From positions 71,955 through 135,954 of the forward strand of contig CAZTCT010000001.1 in the NCBI GenBank assembly GCA_964612415.1: a stretch of DNA of 64,000 nucleotides, given 5' to 3'. Position numbers and translations under genes: made by a program. Below, piece after piece: positions 54,573 through 64,000 of this stretch. The DNA is from an uncultured Candidatus Saccharibacteria bacterium (lineage in GTDB: Bacteria > Patescibacteriota > Minisyncoccia > Phycocordibacterales > CAYRGE01). The first letter of the stretch is position 1; each line of letters starts with the position of its first letter. The notes under the pieces are model-generated. The model ran no database searches and was not told the DNA's origin. It saw only the letters and a list, made by a program, of their open reading frames with translations.

Positions 54573-55634
54573 CTACGCTTTTTCTTGCGGTGCCTGGCTT
54601 TCAAGAAATGAGAACACCGCATCATTGCCCATGAGCATCTCTACATATCCACGCAAGCGGATTGGATCTGCGTTTTTATAATGCTCTGACATGGTTTTTA
54701 CCTCCCTCTCCACGAGTTCTTCTGGGGGCGCTATCTTTTCTATTCTTGCGATTTCGGTAAGAACTAGTTGCCCCTTCACTCTTTTCTCTGCATCTTTCTC
54801 CCATGAAGAGCGTAATTTTTCTCGCGTAGTTTTTGTTTGTTCGAGGTAGTTGTCCAGTGTTGCTCCTGTTCGAGAAAGAGTGTGCTCAAACTCCCCCAAC
54901 ATTCTGTCCAGCTCTCCTTCAATCAAAACGCGAGGAAGATCAACGGTCATGTCTTTAATGATATCTTCAAGTACTTGCATGCGTGCCTTGTCGCGCGCAC
55001 GACTTTTTTTCTCCGCAGCGATCTCTCCTTTGATATGCGTGCGCAATCCATCAAGGTTTTCAAATCCCCCTAATTCTTTTGCGAATGCATCATCAAGGGT
55101 AGGGATGTCCTCATCCTTAACTTCAGTTTTTTTGTGTTTCATCTGAGCATAGCGCTTCCTAAGTTCAGTAAGGGCATTGTTTATTTCTTCCTCACTCACT
55201 TCATCAGGGCCCTTCTCATGAGTAAAGGCTTTTTTTGCGGCTGCTTTATAGTCAGAGAGTTTGACCTCCGGCATCACTGCGACTTTTATACGGAAAGAAA
55301 ATTCATTTCCTGGCGCGATCTTCGTTATGGTGACACTCGGAGTTCCTATAGGATCAAGTTTTTTCTCGGCAATTATTGCTATATAAGCATCTTGTATCAC
55401 GGCGTCAGCCATTTCAGACAGGATACGATCCTCCCCTATATTTTGTACAAGGATTTTTTCAGGAATATGCCCTTTTCTGAATCCAGGGATGCTGAGATCG
55501 TGCCCAAGCTCTTTTATGGCTTGAGATTTATAAACCGCAAAAATTTCTGCGGGGCAAATAATCTCTGCTTCAATCTCAGAACCTTCCTTTGGCGTGACCG
55601 TGACTGAGAGATCCTTAAATACGAGTCTTTTCAT
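54573..55634 (-). CDS. tig: trigger factor (short form lacking part of the C-terminal domain)
   Basis: 353 aa, ribosome-binding signature GFRKGHIP in the N-terminal domain. Confidence 0.8.
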   Translation of the reverse strand: MKRLVFKDLSVTVTPKEGSEIEAEIICPAEIFAVYKSQAIKELGHDLSIPGFRKGHIPEKILVQNIGEDRILSEMADAVIQDAYIAIIAEKKLDPIGTPSVTITKIAPGNEFSFRIKVAVMPEVKLSDYKAAAKKAFTHEKGPDEVSEEEINNALTELRKRYAQMKHKKTEVKDEDIPTLDDAFAKELGGFENLDGLRTHIKGEIAAEKKSRARDKARMQVLEDIIKDMTVDLPRVLIEGELDRMLGEFEHTLSRTGATLDNYLEQTKTTREKLRSSWEKDAEKRVKGQLVLTEIARIEKIAPPEELVEREVKTMSEHYKNADPIRLRGYVEMLMGNDAVFSFLESQAPQEKA

Positions 55635-55720
55635 AGAGACTTGCAGTGTACATCAGTAATAAAAAAAGTAAACCCGCCAATATTGGCGGGTTTACTGTGA
55701 GGTAAGGCTTGAGAATATTT

Positions 55721-56059
55721 CTATTGTGCCTGGTTCACTTCGTTTAGAATCCCATCTAATTCCGCGTCAAGATTTCCTAGATCGGTGTTATTGAGGTCGC
55801 TCTCAATTGCGCTTACAGCATCGGATGTTCCCTGTGTGCGTAATTCTTCCGGTGCTGCTGGGCTTGTTTCGTCCTGCATCATTGTGTCTGTTGGCTGAGG
55901 TGCGGGCGTTGGACGATTGGCAAATAGATATGCGCCTGCCACAATTAAAATAACCACAATAATGACGATTCCGATGATTCCCCCGACGCCCTTTTCTTCT
56001 TTAGGTGCCTCCTGTTGAGGTGGCGTCATTGGAGGCTGGTTTGGTGTTTGTTCGTCCAT
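55721..56059 (-). CDS. small single-pass membrane protein, hypothetical
   Basis: 112 aa, Pro/Gln-rich N-terminus, TM GIIGIVIIVVILIVAGAYLF, acidic C-terminus. Confidence 0.5.
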   Translation of the reverse strand: MDEQTPNQPPMTPPQQEAPKEEKGVGGIIGIVIIVVILIVAGAYLFANRPTPAPQPTDTMMQDETSPAAPEELRTQGTSDAVSAIESDLNNTDLGNLDAELDGILNEVNQAQ

Positions 56060-56083
56060 GTTGATTGTCTATTAATGAATAAT

Positions 56084-56890
56084 TTATTCTGCGGTGGTTG
56101 TAGTAGCCGTGGTTGTAGCTGTGCCATCGCTATCATCTGCCTGGGCTGCTTTCATTGCTTCGATAACATCAACGAGTGCCTGATGAGCCGCTTTCAATGC
56201 CTCAACAACTTCTTTTGTGAATCCGCGACACTTCTCGAAAGAAGACTTTGGGTCATCGGATACCACGATTTCATCTACAGAAGTTTCCGCTGCTGCTTGG
56301 GCTTGTATAGCTAGATCAATCTTTGTACGTGCCTCATCCAGCAAGGTTTTGTATGTACTTACATCTTGGCCAAGTTCCTCAAGTTTATTGATGCGAGACT
56401 CTATACGATCAGCAAGTGTGTTAAGGCGGTCAATTGCCGCATCAAATCGATCAAACATCTGATTTGCAAAACGTTTGATGTTTTCCTGACGGCGCTCATC
56501 AAGGTGCTGTTTCATGTCTGCTCGTTTTTCCTCGGCTGCTTTTTGCAATTCCTCTTTGCGCGCCTCAATATTTTTCTTCGTTTCCTCTATTTGTTTCTGG
56601 AGCTCTTCCTTACGCGCCTCAACTTTTTCTCGCTCAGCTTCCATGCGAGCCTTGAGTTCTGTGCGAGTAGAGCTTGCAATAGTTGTACTTGCTTTGATAC
56701 GCGCAGTAGTAGATGGCTTTACTCCTTCAAATGCTTTTGGTGGCACAGGGAGGGAAGGAGGTACATCAAGCTGGAGCATTTCTCGCTTAAGTTCAGGACG
56801 TGCGTCTGTTTCAGTTTCAGCTGCTACTACGGATGGGAGCAGAGCAAAGACTGCACACACTACCGGTATTAATAATTTTTTATGTTTCAT
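56084..56890 (-). CDS. secreted coiled-coil protein, hypothetical
   Basis: 268 aa, signal peptide LLIPVVCAVFALLPSVVAAE, repeated EARKEELQK heptad-type segments, Thr-rich C-terminus. Confidence 0.6.
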   Translation of the reverse strand: MKHKKLLIPVVCAVFALLPSVVAAETETDARPELKREMLQLDVPPSLPVPPKAFEGVKPSTTARIKASTTIASSTRTELKARMEAEREKVEARKEELQKQIEETKKNIEARKEELQKAAEEKRADMKQHLDERRQENIKRFANQMFDRFDAAIDRLNTLADRIESRINKLEELGQDVSTYKTLLDEARTKIDLAIQAQAAAETSVDEIVVSDDPKSSFEKCRGFTKEVVEALKAAHQALVDVIEAMKAAQADDSDGTATTTATTTTAE

Positions 56891-56999
56891 ACATTAAAAA
56901 TGTTACTAAGGTGTCAAAATGTTACACATATGGAGTCGAGTACTCCTTTTTTGATTATACTCCATATAAACCCAAGAGGTATTTCTTTGAGGGGAAAAC

Positions 57000-57025
57000 A
57001 AAAAAACGGCCTAGGCCGTTTTTTT
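57000..57025. terminator. palindromic terminator AAAAAAACGGCC-TAG-GCCGTTTTTTT overlapping the ppa stop codon
   Basis: Perfect palindrome with A-run and T-run arms. Confidence 0.6.
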
Positions 57026-57553
57026 GTTACCGTATGAGTCTTGGTAAAGTTTAATCCCTCTTTTTACTGCTTCGTGCGCCGCTTTCTTTCCTTCAAATCC
57101 ATTTACTTCAACCTCTTTGTTCTGCAGTTTCTTGTATGTTGAGTAGAAATGTTCAATTTCCTTAAGCGTATGCTTGTTTATATCGGCAAGGTCTTTCACA
57201 TCACTCCATCTAGGATCATCTTTTGGAACAGCTATAACTTTGTCGTCTGCATCCCCGCCATCAATCATTCTCATGATTGCAACAGGGCGGGCATGTACCA
57301 AAATACCAGGGGCAAGTGGGTATGTGGTGAGGAGTACTACATCGATCGGGTCTTTGTCATCCCAGAGTGTCTGGGGGATAAATCCATAATCAAAAGGGAA
57401 GTCTTGTGCCGTGTGCGCGACGCGGTCAAGAGCGATAAGGCCCGTCTCTTTGTCTATCTCGTACTTATTTTTGGATCCCTTGGGGATTTCGATGATTGTA
57501 TTTACCACGTCTGGGAGCTCGTCTCCCGGGGTGATTTCATGCCACAAGTTCAT
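57011..57553 (-). CDS. ppa: inorganic pyrophosphatase (family I)
   Basis: 180 aa, DPIDVVLL...DGGDADDKVIAV signature. Confidence 0.9.
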   Translation of the reverse strand: MNLWHEITPGDELPDVVNTIIEIPKGSKNKYEIDKETGLIALDRVAHTAQDFPFDYGFIPQTLWDDKDPIDVVLLTTYPLAPGILVHARPVAIMRMIDGGDADDKVIAVPKDDPRWSDVKDLADINKHTLKEIEHFYSTYKKLQNKEVEVNGFEGKKAAHEAVKRGIKLYQDSYGNKKTA

Positions 57554-57587
57554 ATTTTAGTAGTGAATTAAATAAATAATGCTCCTA

Positions 57588-58967
57588 TTATGCCTTGTCT
57601 TCCTCTTGTTCTGCAATCGCACTTTCGGTTTGTTCGGGGGTTGTTTCTTGGTCATCATCAGATTCTGTCGCTTCCTGGGATTCTGATTCTGCCTGTGGCT
57701 CAGTCATTTCTACTACAACTTCCTCGGTTTCACTCCTAACCTCGCTTGTTTCAGGGACTTCTTTTTCTGAGAATGCGTCATTTTCTGTGCGCGTTTCCTC
57801 AAGAACTGCGCCAGCTCCTTCTTCGCCAACAACGGGTTCACCCTCAGTGCCGCGAATATCAATCTTCCATCCAGTAAGCTTTGCCGCAAGGCGGACATTT
57901 TGGCCTTCCTTGCCGATGGCGAGAGAGAGTTGGTCTTCTGCTACCTTCACTGTTGCGCGGCGCTCTGTCTCATTGATTTCAATTTCGAGCGTACGAGCAG
58001 GGGAAAGAGCGTCTTCTACAAAGCGTGCCGGATCTGCTTCCCATTCGATGATGTCTATTTTTTCTCCCCCGAGTTCACTCATGACGGTAGAGACGCGGAC
58101 ACCGCGCTGTCCGACACATGAACCCACTGGATCAATATGGTCATCGTTAGACATAACAGCAATCTTGGAGCGAGAGCCTGGCTCGCGAGCGACACTCTTA
58201 ATTTCAACTACGCCGCTTGCTACTTCTGGCACCTCGCGCTCAAAGAGTTTCTCGAGGAACTTAGGGTGAGATCGAGACAAACGAAGGCGTATACCACGAG
58301 GGGATTCTTCCACTGAATAGAGATAGGCGTTGATACGCTCTCCTTGGCGATATCGCTCGCTGGGGATCTGCTCTTCGTAGGGGATGATGCCTGTTGCCTT
58401 GCCCAAATCGACAAAAATGGTGCCGCGTTCAATACGCTGGACTGTTCCCGTTACTATATCTCCAGACTTTTTGCCATATTCATCAAGCACAGAGAATTTC
58501 TCTGCTTCCCGAATACGCTGAATGATGACTTGTTTAGCGGTTTGTGCGGCAATGCGACCGTAGTCATCTTTTGCCTCGAGAGGGAAGGTAATCTCTTCTC
58601 CTGCGATAGCGTCGCGCTTGATCATCTTGGCGTCTTCAAGGAGGATATGGTGTTCTGGGTTGAATCGAACAAGTTCGTCTCCCTCCTCTCCCTCAATATG
58701 TTGTGGAGCTTCTGTTTCTGTACCCGCGTCTTCTTCGTCCTCCATCTTCACCTCTGATTTATCAACAACAATTTTTACTTGTACGAATTCTGTTTTACCG
58801 CTATTTAAATCAAAGTGAGCACGAACAATTTGCCCACGCTTTCCGTAGTCTTTTTTGTATGCGGCGGCGAGGGCTTGTTCAATCGCCTCAATAATCTTTT
58901 CTTTTGGGATTCCGCGCTCTTCTTCAAGTTGAGCCAGTGCGGCATTCATTACTTTTAGATCCATCAT
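57588..58967 (-). CDS. nusA: transcription termination/antitermination factor NusA with acidic C-terminal extension
   Basis: N-terminal domain, S1 domain and two KH domains (PGSRSKIAVMSNDDHIDPVGSCVGQRGVRV; AIGKEGQNVRLAAKLTGWKIDI), then a D/E-rich tail. Start set at the internal MMDLK. Confidence 0.9.
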   Translation of the reverse strand: MMDLKVMNAALAQLEEERGIPKEKIIEAIEQALAAAYKKDYGKRGQIVRAHFDLNSGKTEFVQVKIVVDKSEVKMEDEEDAGTETEAPQHIEGEEGDELVRFNPEHHILLEDAKMIKRDAIAGEEITFPLEAKDDYGRIAAQTAKQVIIQRIREAEKFSVLDEYGKKSGDIVTGTVQRIERGTIFVDLGKATGIIPYEEQIPSERYRQGERINAYLYSVEESPRGIRLRLSRSHPKFLEKLFEREVPEVASGVVEIKSVAREPGSRSKIAVMSNDDHIDPVGSCVGQRGVRVSTVMSELGGEKIDIIEWEADPARFVEDALSPARTLEIEINETERRATVKVAEDQLSLAIGKEGQNVRLAAKLTGWKIDIRGTEGEPVVGEEGAGAVLEETRTENDAFSEKEVPETSEVRSETEEVVVEMTEPQAESESQEATESDDDQETTPEQTESAIAEQEEDKA

Positions 58968-59170
58968 GGTTGCTGATTTTGTTTTTATTAGCCCGCCTAT
59001 GTGGGCAAATTTTGGGTAAAAAATAATGCCCGCGGGTACGGACATTGATGCGATTATGATAGCATTTTCATCTTTTCTGTCAAGGTAGGGTTTAAATGTG
59101 GAGAACTTGTCCTCCGGAAGGGTGTACTTACTGCTATAATATTGAGTACTTACTACACTGCTCTTTCCTT

Positions 59171-60922
59171 ATGACAGTAGATAACAAACAGCTCAAAGAG
59201 TTTCTCATTGACGCGGCACTTGTCTCAAGAACTGATATTGAGACAGTTGAGAAAAAAATGGGAAAAGGGGAGCACCTTGGCGACGCGCTTTTAAAAAGTG
59301 GCAAATTGGCTGAGGATGATTTGCGGCGAACGGAGGCATATATTCTAGGAATACCTTTCGTAAGTTTAAAAGGGCAAAAAATTGACTTTAGCGTTCTGTC
59401 CTTGGTCCCTGAGCCAATCGCCAGAAAGCACAATATTGTCGCTTTTAAAAAAAGCACCTCTGGACTTGAGGTTGCCATGTTAGACACAGATGATCTGACC
59501 GCTATTGAATTCGTAAAGAAAAGCGTCGGGCTACGCATTTTACCAAGACTTACCGACAAAGATTCTATTAAGTCTGCCCTAGTTCAGTACAAAAAGAGCC
59601 TTGAGGCAGAGTTTGACGATATCATTCAAAAGGAGGCAGTTTCCCTAAAAGAGGTGGCAGACTCTTCTGACGATAAAGACGTTTCCGAAAAAGAACTCAA
59701 GAAGCTCGCCGAAGATCTCCCTGTTGTAAAAATCGTTGACACTCTTCTCAACCACGCGATTATTCAGAATGCCTCGGATATTCATATTGAGCCGATGGAA
59801 ACACAGGTAATGATCAGGTATCGCATTGATGGTATCTTGCATGATGCCATGGTCTTGCCCAAGAGTGCTGCTGCAGGCATCACTGCTCGTATTAAAGTTC
59901 TCGCTAACCTAAAGCTTGACGAAAAGCGCAAGCCACAAGACGGGCGCTTTAAAGTTGAGACAGCAGACCAGAAAGTTTCTTTTCGTGTCTCTCTATTGCC
60001 AATATATTTTGGAGAAAAGACAGTCATGCGTCTTTTGCGAGATTCCTCCGGGAGCTTACCTCTTGAGGCGCTTGGTTTTCACGGGCTTGGGCTTGAACAA
60101 GTCCATGATGCCACGCGACAGAAGACGGGCATGATTCTCACTACAGGACCTACTGGTTCAGGAAAAACCACCACGCTCTATAGTGTGCTCGATATTCTCA
60201 ATACTCCAGAAGTAAACATCTCGACGATTGAAGACCCAATTGAGTATCAAATGCAGCGGGTTAATCAAACACAAGTAAGGCCCGAGATTGGCTTCACTTT
60301 TGCAAGTGGCCTGAGAGCGCTTGTGCGCCAAGACCCGGATATCATTATGGTCGGTGAAATTCGCGACGGGGAAACAGCGTCTTTGGCTGTGAACGCGGCG
60401 CTTACCGGACACCTGGTTCTTTCTACTCTGCACACCAATTCTGCTGCTGGAGCCATGTCCCGCCTTGTCGATATGGGGGTGGAGCCCTTTCTAATTGTTT
60501 CTACGGTGAATGTAGTAATTGCTCAGCGTCTTGTGCGTCGACTTTGTCCGGCAAAAGAGAAATATCAACTTACAAAAGCCGAGATCGCTGATCTTGGCAA
60601 GAATGCAAACCTTGATCGGATCCGAGAGGCGCTCATTGAGGAAAAAATTATTTCTGGAAAAGAGAAATGGGAAGATATTCCATTCTTCCGCGCGCAAAAG
60701 TCAGCTGAGTGCGTAGACGGGTATTCAGGCCGAGCGGTTATTTATGAAGTGATGAAGGTCACCCCTACTATTCGTGAACTTGTTATGAAGAGCACGACCG
60801 CGTCGCAGATCGAAGAGCAGGCGAGGAAGGAGGGAATGATGAGCATGTTAGAGGATGGAATTTTTAAAGCAGCGCAGGGAGTAACCACCATTGAAGAAGT
60901 ATTTCGAGTTGTTTCAGAATAA
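59171..60922 (+). CDS. pilB: type IV pilus assembly ATPase PilB (GspE family)
   Basis: Walker A TGPTGSGKTTTL, Asp box, Walker B IIMVGEIRD, His box, tetracysteine-less C-terminal domain. Start at the internal ATG (MTVDNKQLKEF). Confidence 0.9.
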   Translation: MTVDNKQLKEFLIDAALVSRTDIETVEKKMGKGEHLGDALLKSGKLAEDDLRRTEAYILGIPFVSLKGQKIDFSVLSLVPEPIARKHNIVAFKKSTSGLEVAMLDTDDLTAIEFVKKSVGLRILPRLTDKDSIKSALVQYKKSLEAEFDDIIQKEAVSLKEVADSSDDKDVSEKELKKLAEDLPVVKIVDTLLNHAIIQNASDIHIEPMETQVMIRYRIDGILHDAMVLPKSAAAGITARIKVLANLKLDEKRKPQDGRFKVETADQKVSFRVSLLPIYFGEKTVMRLLRDSSGSLPLEALGFHGLGLEQVHDATRQKTGMILTTGPTGSGKTTTLYSVLDILNTPEVNISTIEDPIEYQMQRVNQTQVRPEIGFTFASGLRALVRQDPDIIMVGEIRDGETASLAVNAALTGHLVLSTLHTNSAAGAMSRLVDMGVEPFLIVSTVNVVIAQRLVRRLCPAKEKYQLTKAEIADLGKNANLDRIREALIEEKIISGKEKWEDIPFFRAQKSAECVDGYSGRAVIYEVMKVTPTIRELVMKSTTASQIEEQARKEGMMSMLEDGIFKAAQGVTTIEEVFRVVSE

Positions 60923-60925
60923 AAT

Positions 60926-62143
60926 ATGCCTAAATTTCAATACAAAATTCATACATCAGAAGGTGATCTGCAGGAAGGAGTGGTAGAAGGAACTGATCGT
61001 TATGAAGTCGCGCGCAAGTTTACTTCGGAAGGTAGCTCAGTAGTTTCTGTTGAAGAAATAGAGAATAAAAGTTTTCTTGACATGGAGCGGATCAATGCAG
61101 CGCTCAGTCGAGTAAAAATACAAGACCTCATTGTTTTTGCGCGCAATCTTGCTGCGATGATTGACGCGGGCCTCGCACTCTCACGGGCGCTTGCTGTTCT
61201 TGAGAAGCAAACAAAAAATGCAAAGTTTAAGCGCATTATTAGTGAGCTAAGAGATGACATCGCTAAAGGTACCAACATGAGCGATGCGATGAAGAAACAC
61301 CCCAAAGAATTTGGCGCACTTTTTACCTCAATGGTACGTGCAGGAGAAGAGGCGGGGAATCTTTCTGAATCATTGCGCGTTGTCGCCGAGCACCTTGATA
61401 AAAGCTACCAGCTGCGCAAAAAGATCAAGGGGGCGATGATATATCCTTCCATTGTTATTTCTGCAATGGCAATTATCGGCGTGCTTATGTTCATATATGT
61501 GGTACCTGTGTTGGTAGACACTTTTAGGAGCCTTGACGCGGAACTCCCATCGAGCACGAAATTTGTCATCCTTTTGAGTGACCTTCTCTCTGGGCACCCA
61601 CTATTGTTCTTTGGTACGATACTGATCCTCGGCGTTGTACTTGTGGTAGCAGGACGCACAAAACAAGGGAGACGAGTTCGCGAGAAGATCGTTTTGCATC
61701 TGCCAGTGGTCAAAGATATTGCAAAAGAGGCAAATGCTGCACGTACCACACGTACACTCTCTTCACTGCTCTCTTCTGGGGTAAGTTTGATCGTTGCTCT
61801 TGGGATTACCAAAGATGTTATGCAGAATTCTCATTACAAAGAGGTCATTGATGCTGCTGTTGCTGATGTAGAAAAAGGTGTTCCGCTTTCAAACGCGTTT
61901 GTTCAGCGAGCCGACCTCTACCCCATATTAGTTGGAGAAATGATGGAAGTAGGTGAGGAGACAGGGAAACTTTCTGACATGCTTCTTAATACCGCAAAAT
62001 TTTATGAAGGAGAGGTTGATGAAGCTACAAAAAATCTTTCGACGATAATTGAACCAGTGCTTATGGTCATTATCGGCTCTGCAGTTGGATTTTTTGCCGT
62101 TTCAATGTTGACGCCAATGTATAGCGTGATGACAAATCTCTAA
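60926..62143 (+). CDS. pilC: type IV pilus inner-membrane platform protein PilC (GspF family)
   Basis: 405 aa, two GspF repeats each followed by TM helices. Confidence 0.9.
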   Translation: MPKFQYKIHTSEGDLQEGVVEGTDRYEVARKFTSEGSSVVSVEEIENKSFLDMERINAALSRVKIQDLIVFARNLAAMIDAGLALSRALAVLEKQTKNAKFKRIISELRDDIAKGTNMSDAMKKHPKEFGALFTSMVRAGEEAGNLSESLRVVAEHLDKSYQLRKKIKGAMIYPSIVISAMAIIGVLMFIYVVPVLVDTFRSLDAELPSSTKFVILLSDLLSGHPLLFFGTILILGVVLVVAGRTKQGRRVREKIVLHLPVVKDIAKEANAARTTRTLSSLLSSGVSLIVALGITKDVMQNSHYKEVIDAAVADVEKGVPLSNAFVQRADLYPILVGEMMEVGEETGKLSDMLLNTAKFYEGEVDEATKNLSTIIEPVLMVIIGSAVGFFAVSMLTPMYSVMTNL

Positions 62144-62145
62144 AC

Positions 62146-62619
62146 ATGACGAGATTCTTAGTAAAAAAAGGTTTTACACTAGTCGAAATGCTTGTTGCAG
62201 CGTCTATCCTTGCTGTGATCGCAGGAATTGCCATCTCAACCTTCTCATCTTTTCAGCAGCACATGATACGTGATGCTGCTGTGGAGAATATTGTTTCAAT
62301 CTTCAATGAAGCGCGCGCGTACACTTTGTCTTCCAAAGGGGGTACTGCATATGGGGTGCATCTCTCTTCCAATGAAGCCGTTCTGTTTGCTGGGACTACC
62401 TATAACGCCTCAGACCCAGATAATAGAAGAATTGTCTTTGAGCCAGGGATCGAAGTGACAAACATATCTCTTTCTGGCGGAGTATATGACGTAGTTTTTG
62501 AAAAGAAAACCGGAGACACAGACGCTACGGGCACTTTCACTGTACACGTTTCAAGTAACCCCATTGGTGATGTTGTTGTTACAATAGAGAAAACGGGCGT
62601 TCTTACCTATTCAATCTAG
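62146..62619 (+). CDS. type IV pilin / pseudopilin with prepilin N-terminal methylation motif
   Basis: KKGFTLVEMLVAASILAVIAGIA class III signal. Confidence 0.8.
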   Translation: MTRFLVKKGFTLVEMLVAASILAVIAGIAISTFSSFQQHMIRDAAVENIVSIFNEARAYTLSSKGGTAYGVHLSSNEAVLFAGTTYNASDPDNRRIVFEPGIEVTNISLSGGVYDVVFEKKTGDTDATGTFTVHVSSNPIGDVVVTIEKTGVLTYSI

Positions 62620-62621
62620 AT

Positions 62622-63143
62622 ATGATTCTAGGTGTAATTAAAAAAAATATTTATCACAATAAAGTCCGGGCTACTAATAAGGGTTTTGGAATCCTTGAGA
62701 TTATTCTCGGCGCAGCAATTTTAGGAACTGTCTTTGGTGCCGCCTCTCTTTTTTATCAAGAAGGAATTCAGATCAATCGGGCGGCCCTCAACAGAACCCA
62801 GGCAGCTTTTCTTGAAGGGGAAGGGCTAGAGGCCGCTCGCTTTATGCGGGATAAGGGCTGGGAGAATGTCTCTGCGCCTCCCGATGGGACACAGTATTAT
62901 CTTTCTTGGACCGGGAGTGTGTGGGCGACATCCACGACCTCTTCTTTGGTGAATGACATTTTTGAATGGTCCATCGAATATGGGGACGTGTATCGTGATG
63001 CGGCGACAAACGATATTGTGGAAACCGGGGGTGTTTTTGATGCGCATACCAAGAAAATTACATCATATGTATCTTGGCCCGAAGGCGAGAGTACTACTAC
63101 TCGGTCTGTGTCGGCTTACCTGACTGATATTTTTGCCCCATAA
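62622..63143 (+). CDS. pilin-like protein with degenerate prepilin signal
   Basis: NKGFGILEIILGAAILGTVFGAA, which is G-F-x-x-x-E-like but atypical. Confidence 0.55.
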   Translation: MILGVIKKNIYHNKVRATNKGFGILEIILGAAILGTVFGAASLFYQEGIQINRAALNRTQAAFLEGEGLEAARFMRDKGWENVSAPPDGTQYYLSWTGSVWATSTTSSLVNDIFEWSIEYGDVYRDAATNDIVETGGVFDAHTKKITSYVSWPEGESTTTRSVSAYLTDIFAP

Positions 63144-63145
63144 AT

Positions 63146-63679
63146 ATGATGAAGTTTTTAAACAAAAGAACATATGGAAAGAAAGGGTTCACTATTGTGG
63201 AGGCACTTATTTATGTTGTAATTCTTGGGCTTCTCTTTGCGCTTACCACGCAAGCCACACTGACAATGTTCCAAGCTTTTTCGGGGATGCAACGATTACG
63301 TGACCTCACACAATCTGGGGGCGTGTCTGCTGAACGGATTGTTCGTGAAATACGCTCAGCAACAAGTATTGATTTTACGGATAGTTCATTTGGGGTAAAC
63401 CCAGGGGTTTTAAAATTAAATACACACGATTCTTTAGGAGATGATGCAGTTGTTGAGTTCTTTGTTTCAAGGGGGAAACTGCATGTAAGCGAAGATGATG
63501 TTGATCAAGGCCCCCTTGTGCTTTCGCATGTAACGGTCGATCGGTTAGTCTTTTTTAATGTTACAGAAAGTGGAGTACCTGCAATTCGTTTTGAGCTTGA
63601 AATGACAAGTTCACGAGGGGGGCGTACCGAAACAAGATTTTTTAGCGGAGCTGCCGTTCTCCGGAATACTTATGAATAA
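63146..63679 (+). CDS. type IV pilin-like protein
   Basis: KKGFTIVEALIYVVILGLLFAL prepilin motif. Confidence 0.75.
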   Translation: MMKFLNKRTYGKKGFTIVEALIYVVILGLLFALTTQATLTMFQAFSGMQRLRDLTQSGGVSAERIVREIRSATSIDFTDSSFGVNPGVLKLNTHDSLGDDAVVEFFVSRGKLHVSEDDVDQGPLVLSHVTVDRLVFFNVTESGVPAIRFELEMTSSRGGRTETRFFSGAAVLRNTYE

Positions 63680-64000
63680 GATTTTCTCGACAAAAGCACG
63701 GGAGTCTTCGCGGAAAGGAGTGGCTCTTATTGTTGCCGTAGTGTTTCTCCTTGCAATTGTTACGGTTGTTGTACTTGGTGTATCAGGAGCACTCGTGCGG
63801 GACTTGCATGTTGCTAACGCACTGACTTCATCGATGAGCAGTTATTACTTAGCAGAAAGCGGAGTTGAGGATGCATATTATCGGTTGGTACATGATATTT
63901 CAATGTCGTCATCCTATACGGTACCCTTGGATGGGACCACGGTGGGCGTTTCTGTTATTACACCTGGGTTAAATCAAAGAGAGATTGTCGGGACGGCGAG
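63677..64000 (+). CDS. PilX-like minor pilin, 5' part (runs off window end)
   Basis: Hand-translated MNKIFSTKARESSRKGVALIVAVVFLLAIVTVVVLGVSGALVRD... Not in the ORF track because it is truncated. Confidence 0.5.

Noticed and set aside
1-64000. CRISPR arrays or cas genes
   Set aside because: No run of regularly spaced identical direct repeats was seen. The repeats found (35686..36262) are two diverged copies with 440-bp spacing, not a CRISPR array.

Overview
This window appears to be the chromosomal origin region of a small-genome bacterium. I infer a CPR/Patescibacteria-like lineage with the standard genetic code from the gene content (RNase Y, short trigger factor, VirB2-like 'CPR pilin', fused membrane/spermidine-synthase protein). 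That lineage assignment is an inference, not something I verified.

Order of content along the window:
- **Start:** tyrS (partial), a class A PBP, a DUF721/DciA-like gene, dnaN, an AT-rich dnaA-dnaN spacer with DnaA boxes (putative oriC), dnaA, then divergent rpmH-rnpA-yidD-yidC.
- **7.8-19 kb, all minus strand:** a type-IV-secretion-like cluster. It contains a VirB2/TrbC-like pilin with a Cys-rich tail, a VirB4/TraE ATPase split into two ORFs, a VirB3/PrgI-like gene, a VirB6/TrbL-like polytopic protein and several secreted or membrane proteins. No relaxase or coupling protein is present. It is followed by lnt, rsmA and pcrA.
- **Housekeeping block:** LysM-M23 peptidase, comM, a dksA-like gene, pnp, a NYN-domain gene, rpsO, a xerC/D-type recombinase with an island of small paralogous ORFs, xth, cca, tRNA-Arg, tRNA-Gly(GCC), yraN, tRNA-Pro, a membrane-fused spermidine-synthase-like protein and an orphan receiver domain.
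- **41.3-49.8 kb:** a complete nine-gene V/A-type ATPase operon.
- **End:** tRNA-Gly(TCC), hup, an FkbM-type methyltransferase, rny, clpP, tig, ppa, nusA and a type IV pilus operon (pilB, pilC, pilins).

The noncoding observations I consider most notable:
- A family of palindromic CACGTG-core boxes and two tandem ~140-bp modules in the xth-cca spacer.
- A perfectly palindromic terminator cassette, reused at two loci, that always carries a conserved 13-aa MYE.. micro-ORF.
- Partial duplicates of the tRNA 3' ends about 150-190 bp downstream of both tRNA-Gly genes.
- A shared ~50-nt motif after two tRNAs.
- A long promoter-equipped leader in front of the M23 peptidase.

No CRISPR array and no recognisable IS/transposon were seen. 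All homology calls rest on motifs read by eye from the translations; no database search was possible.
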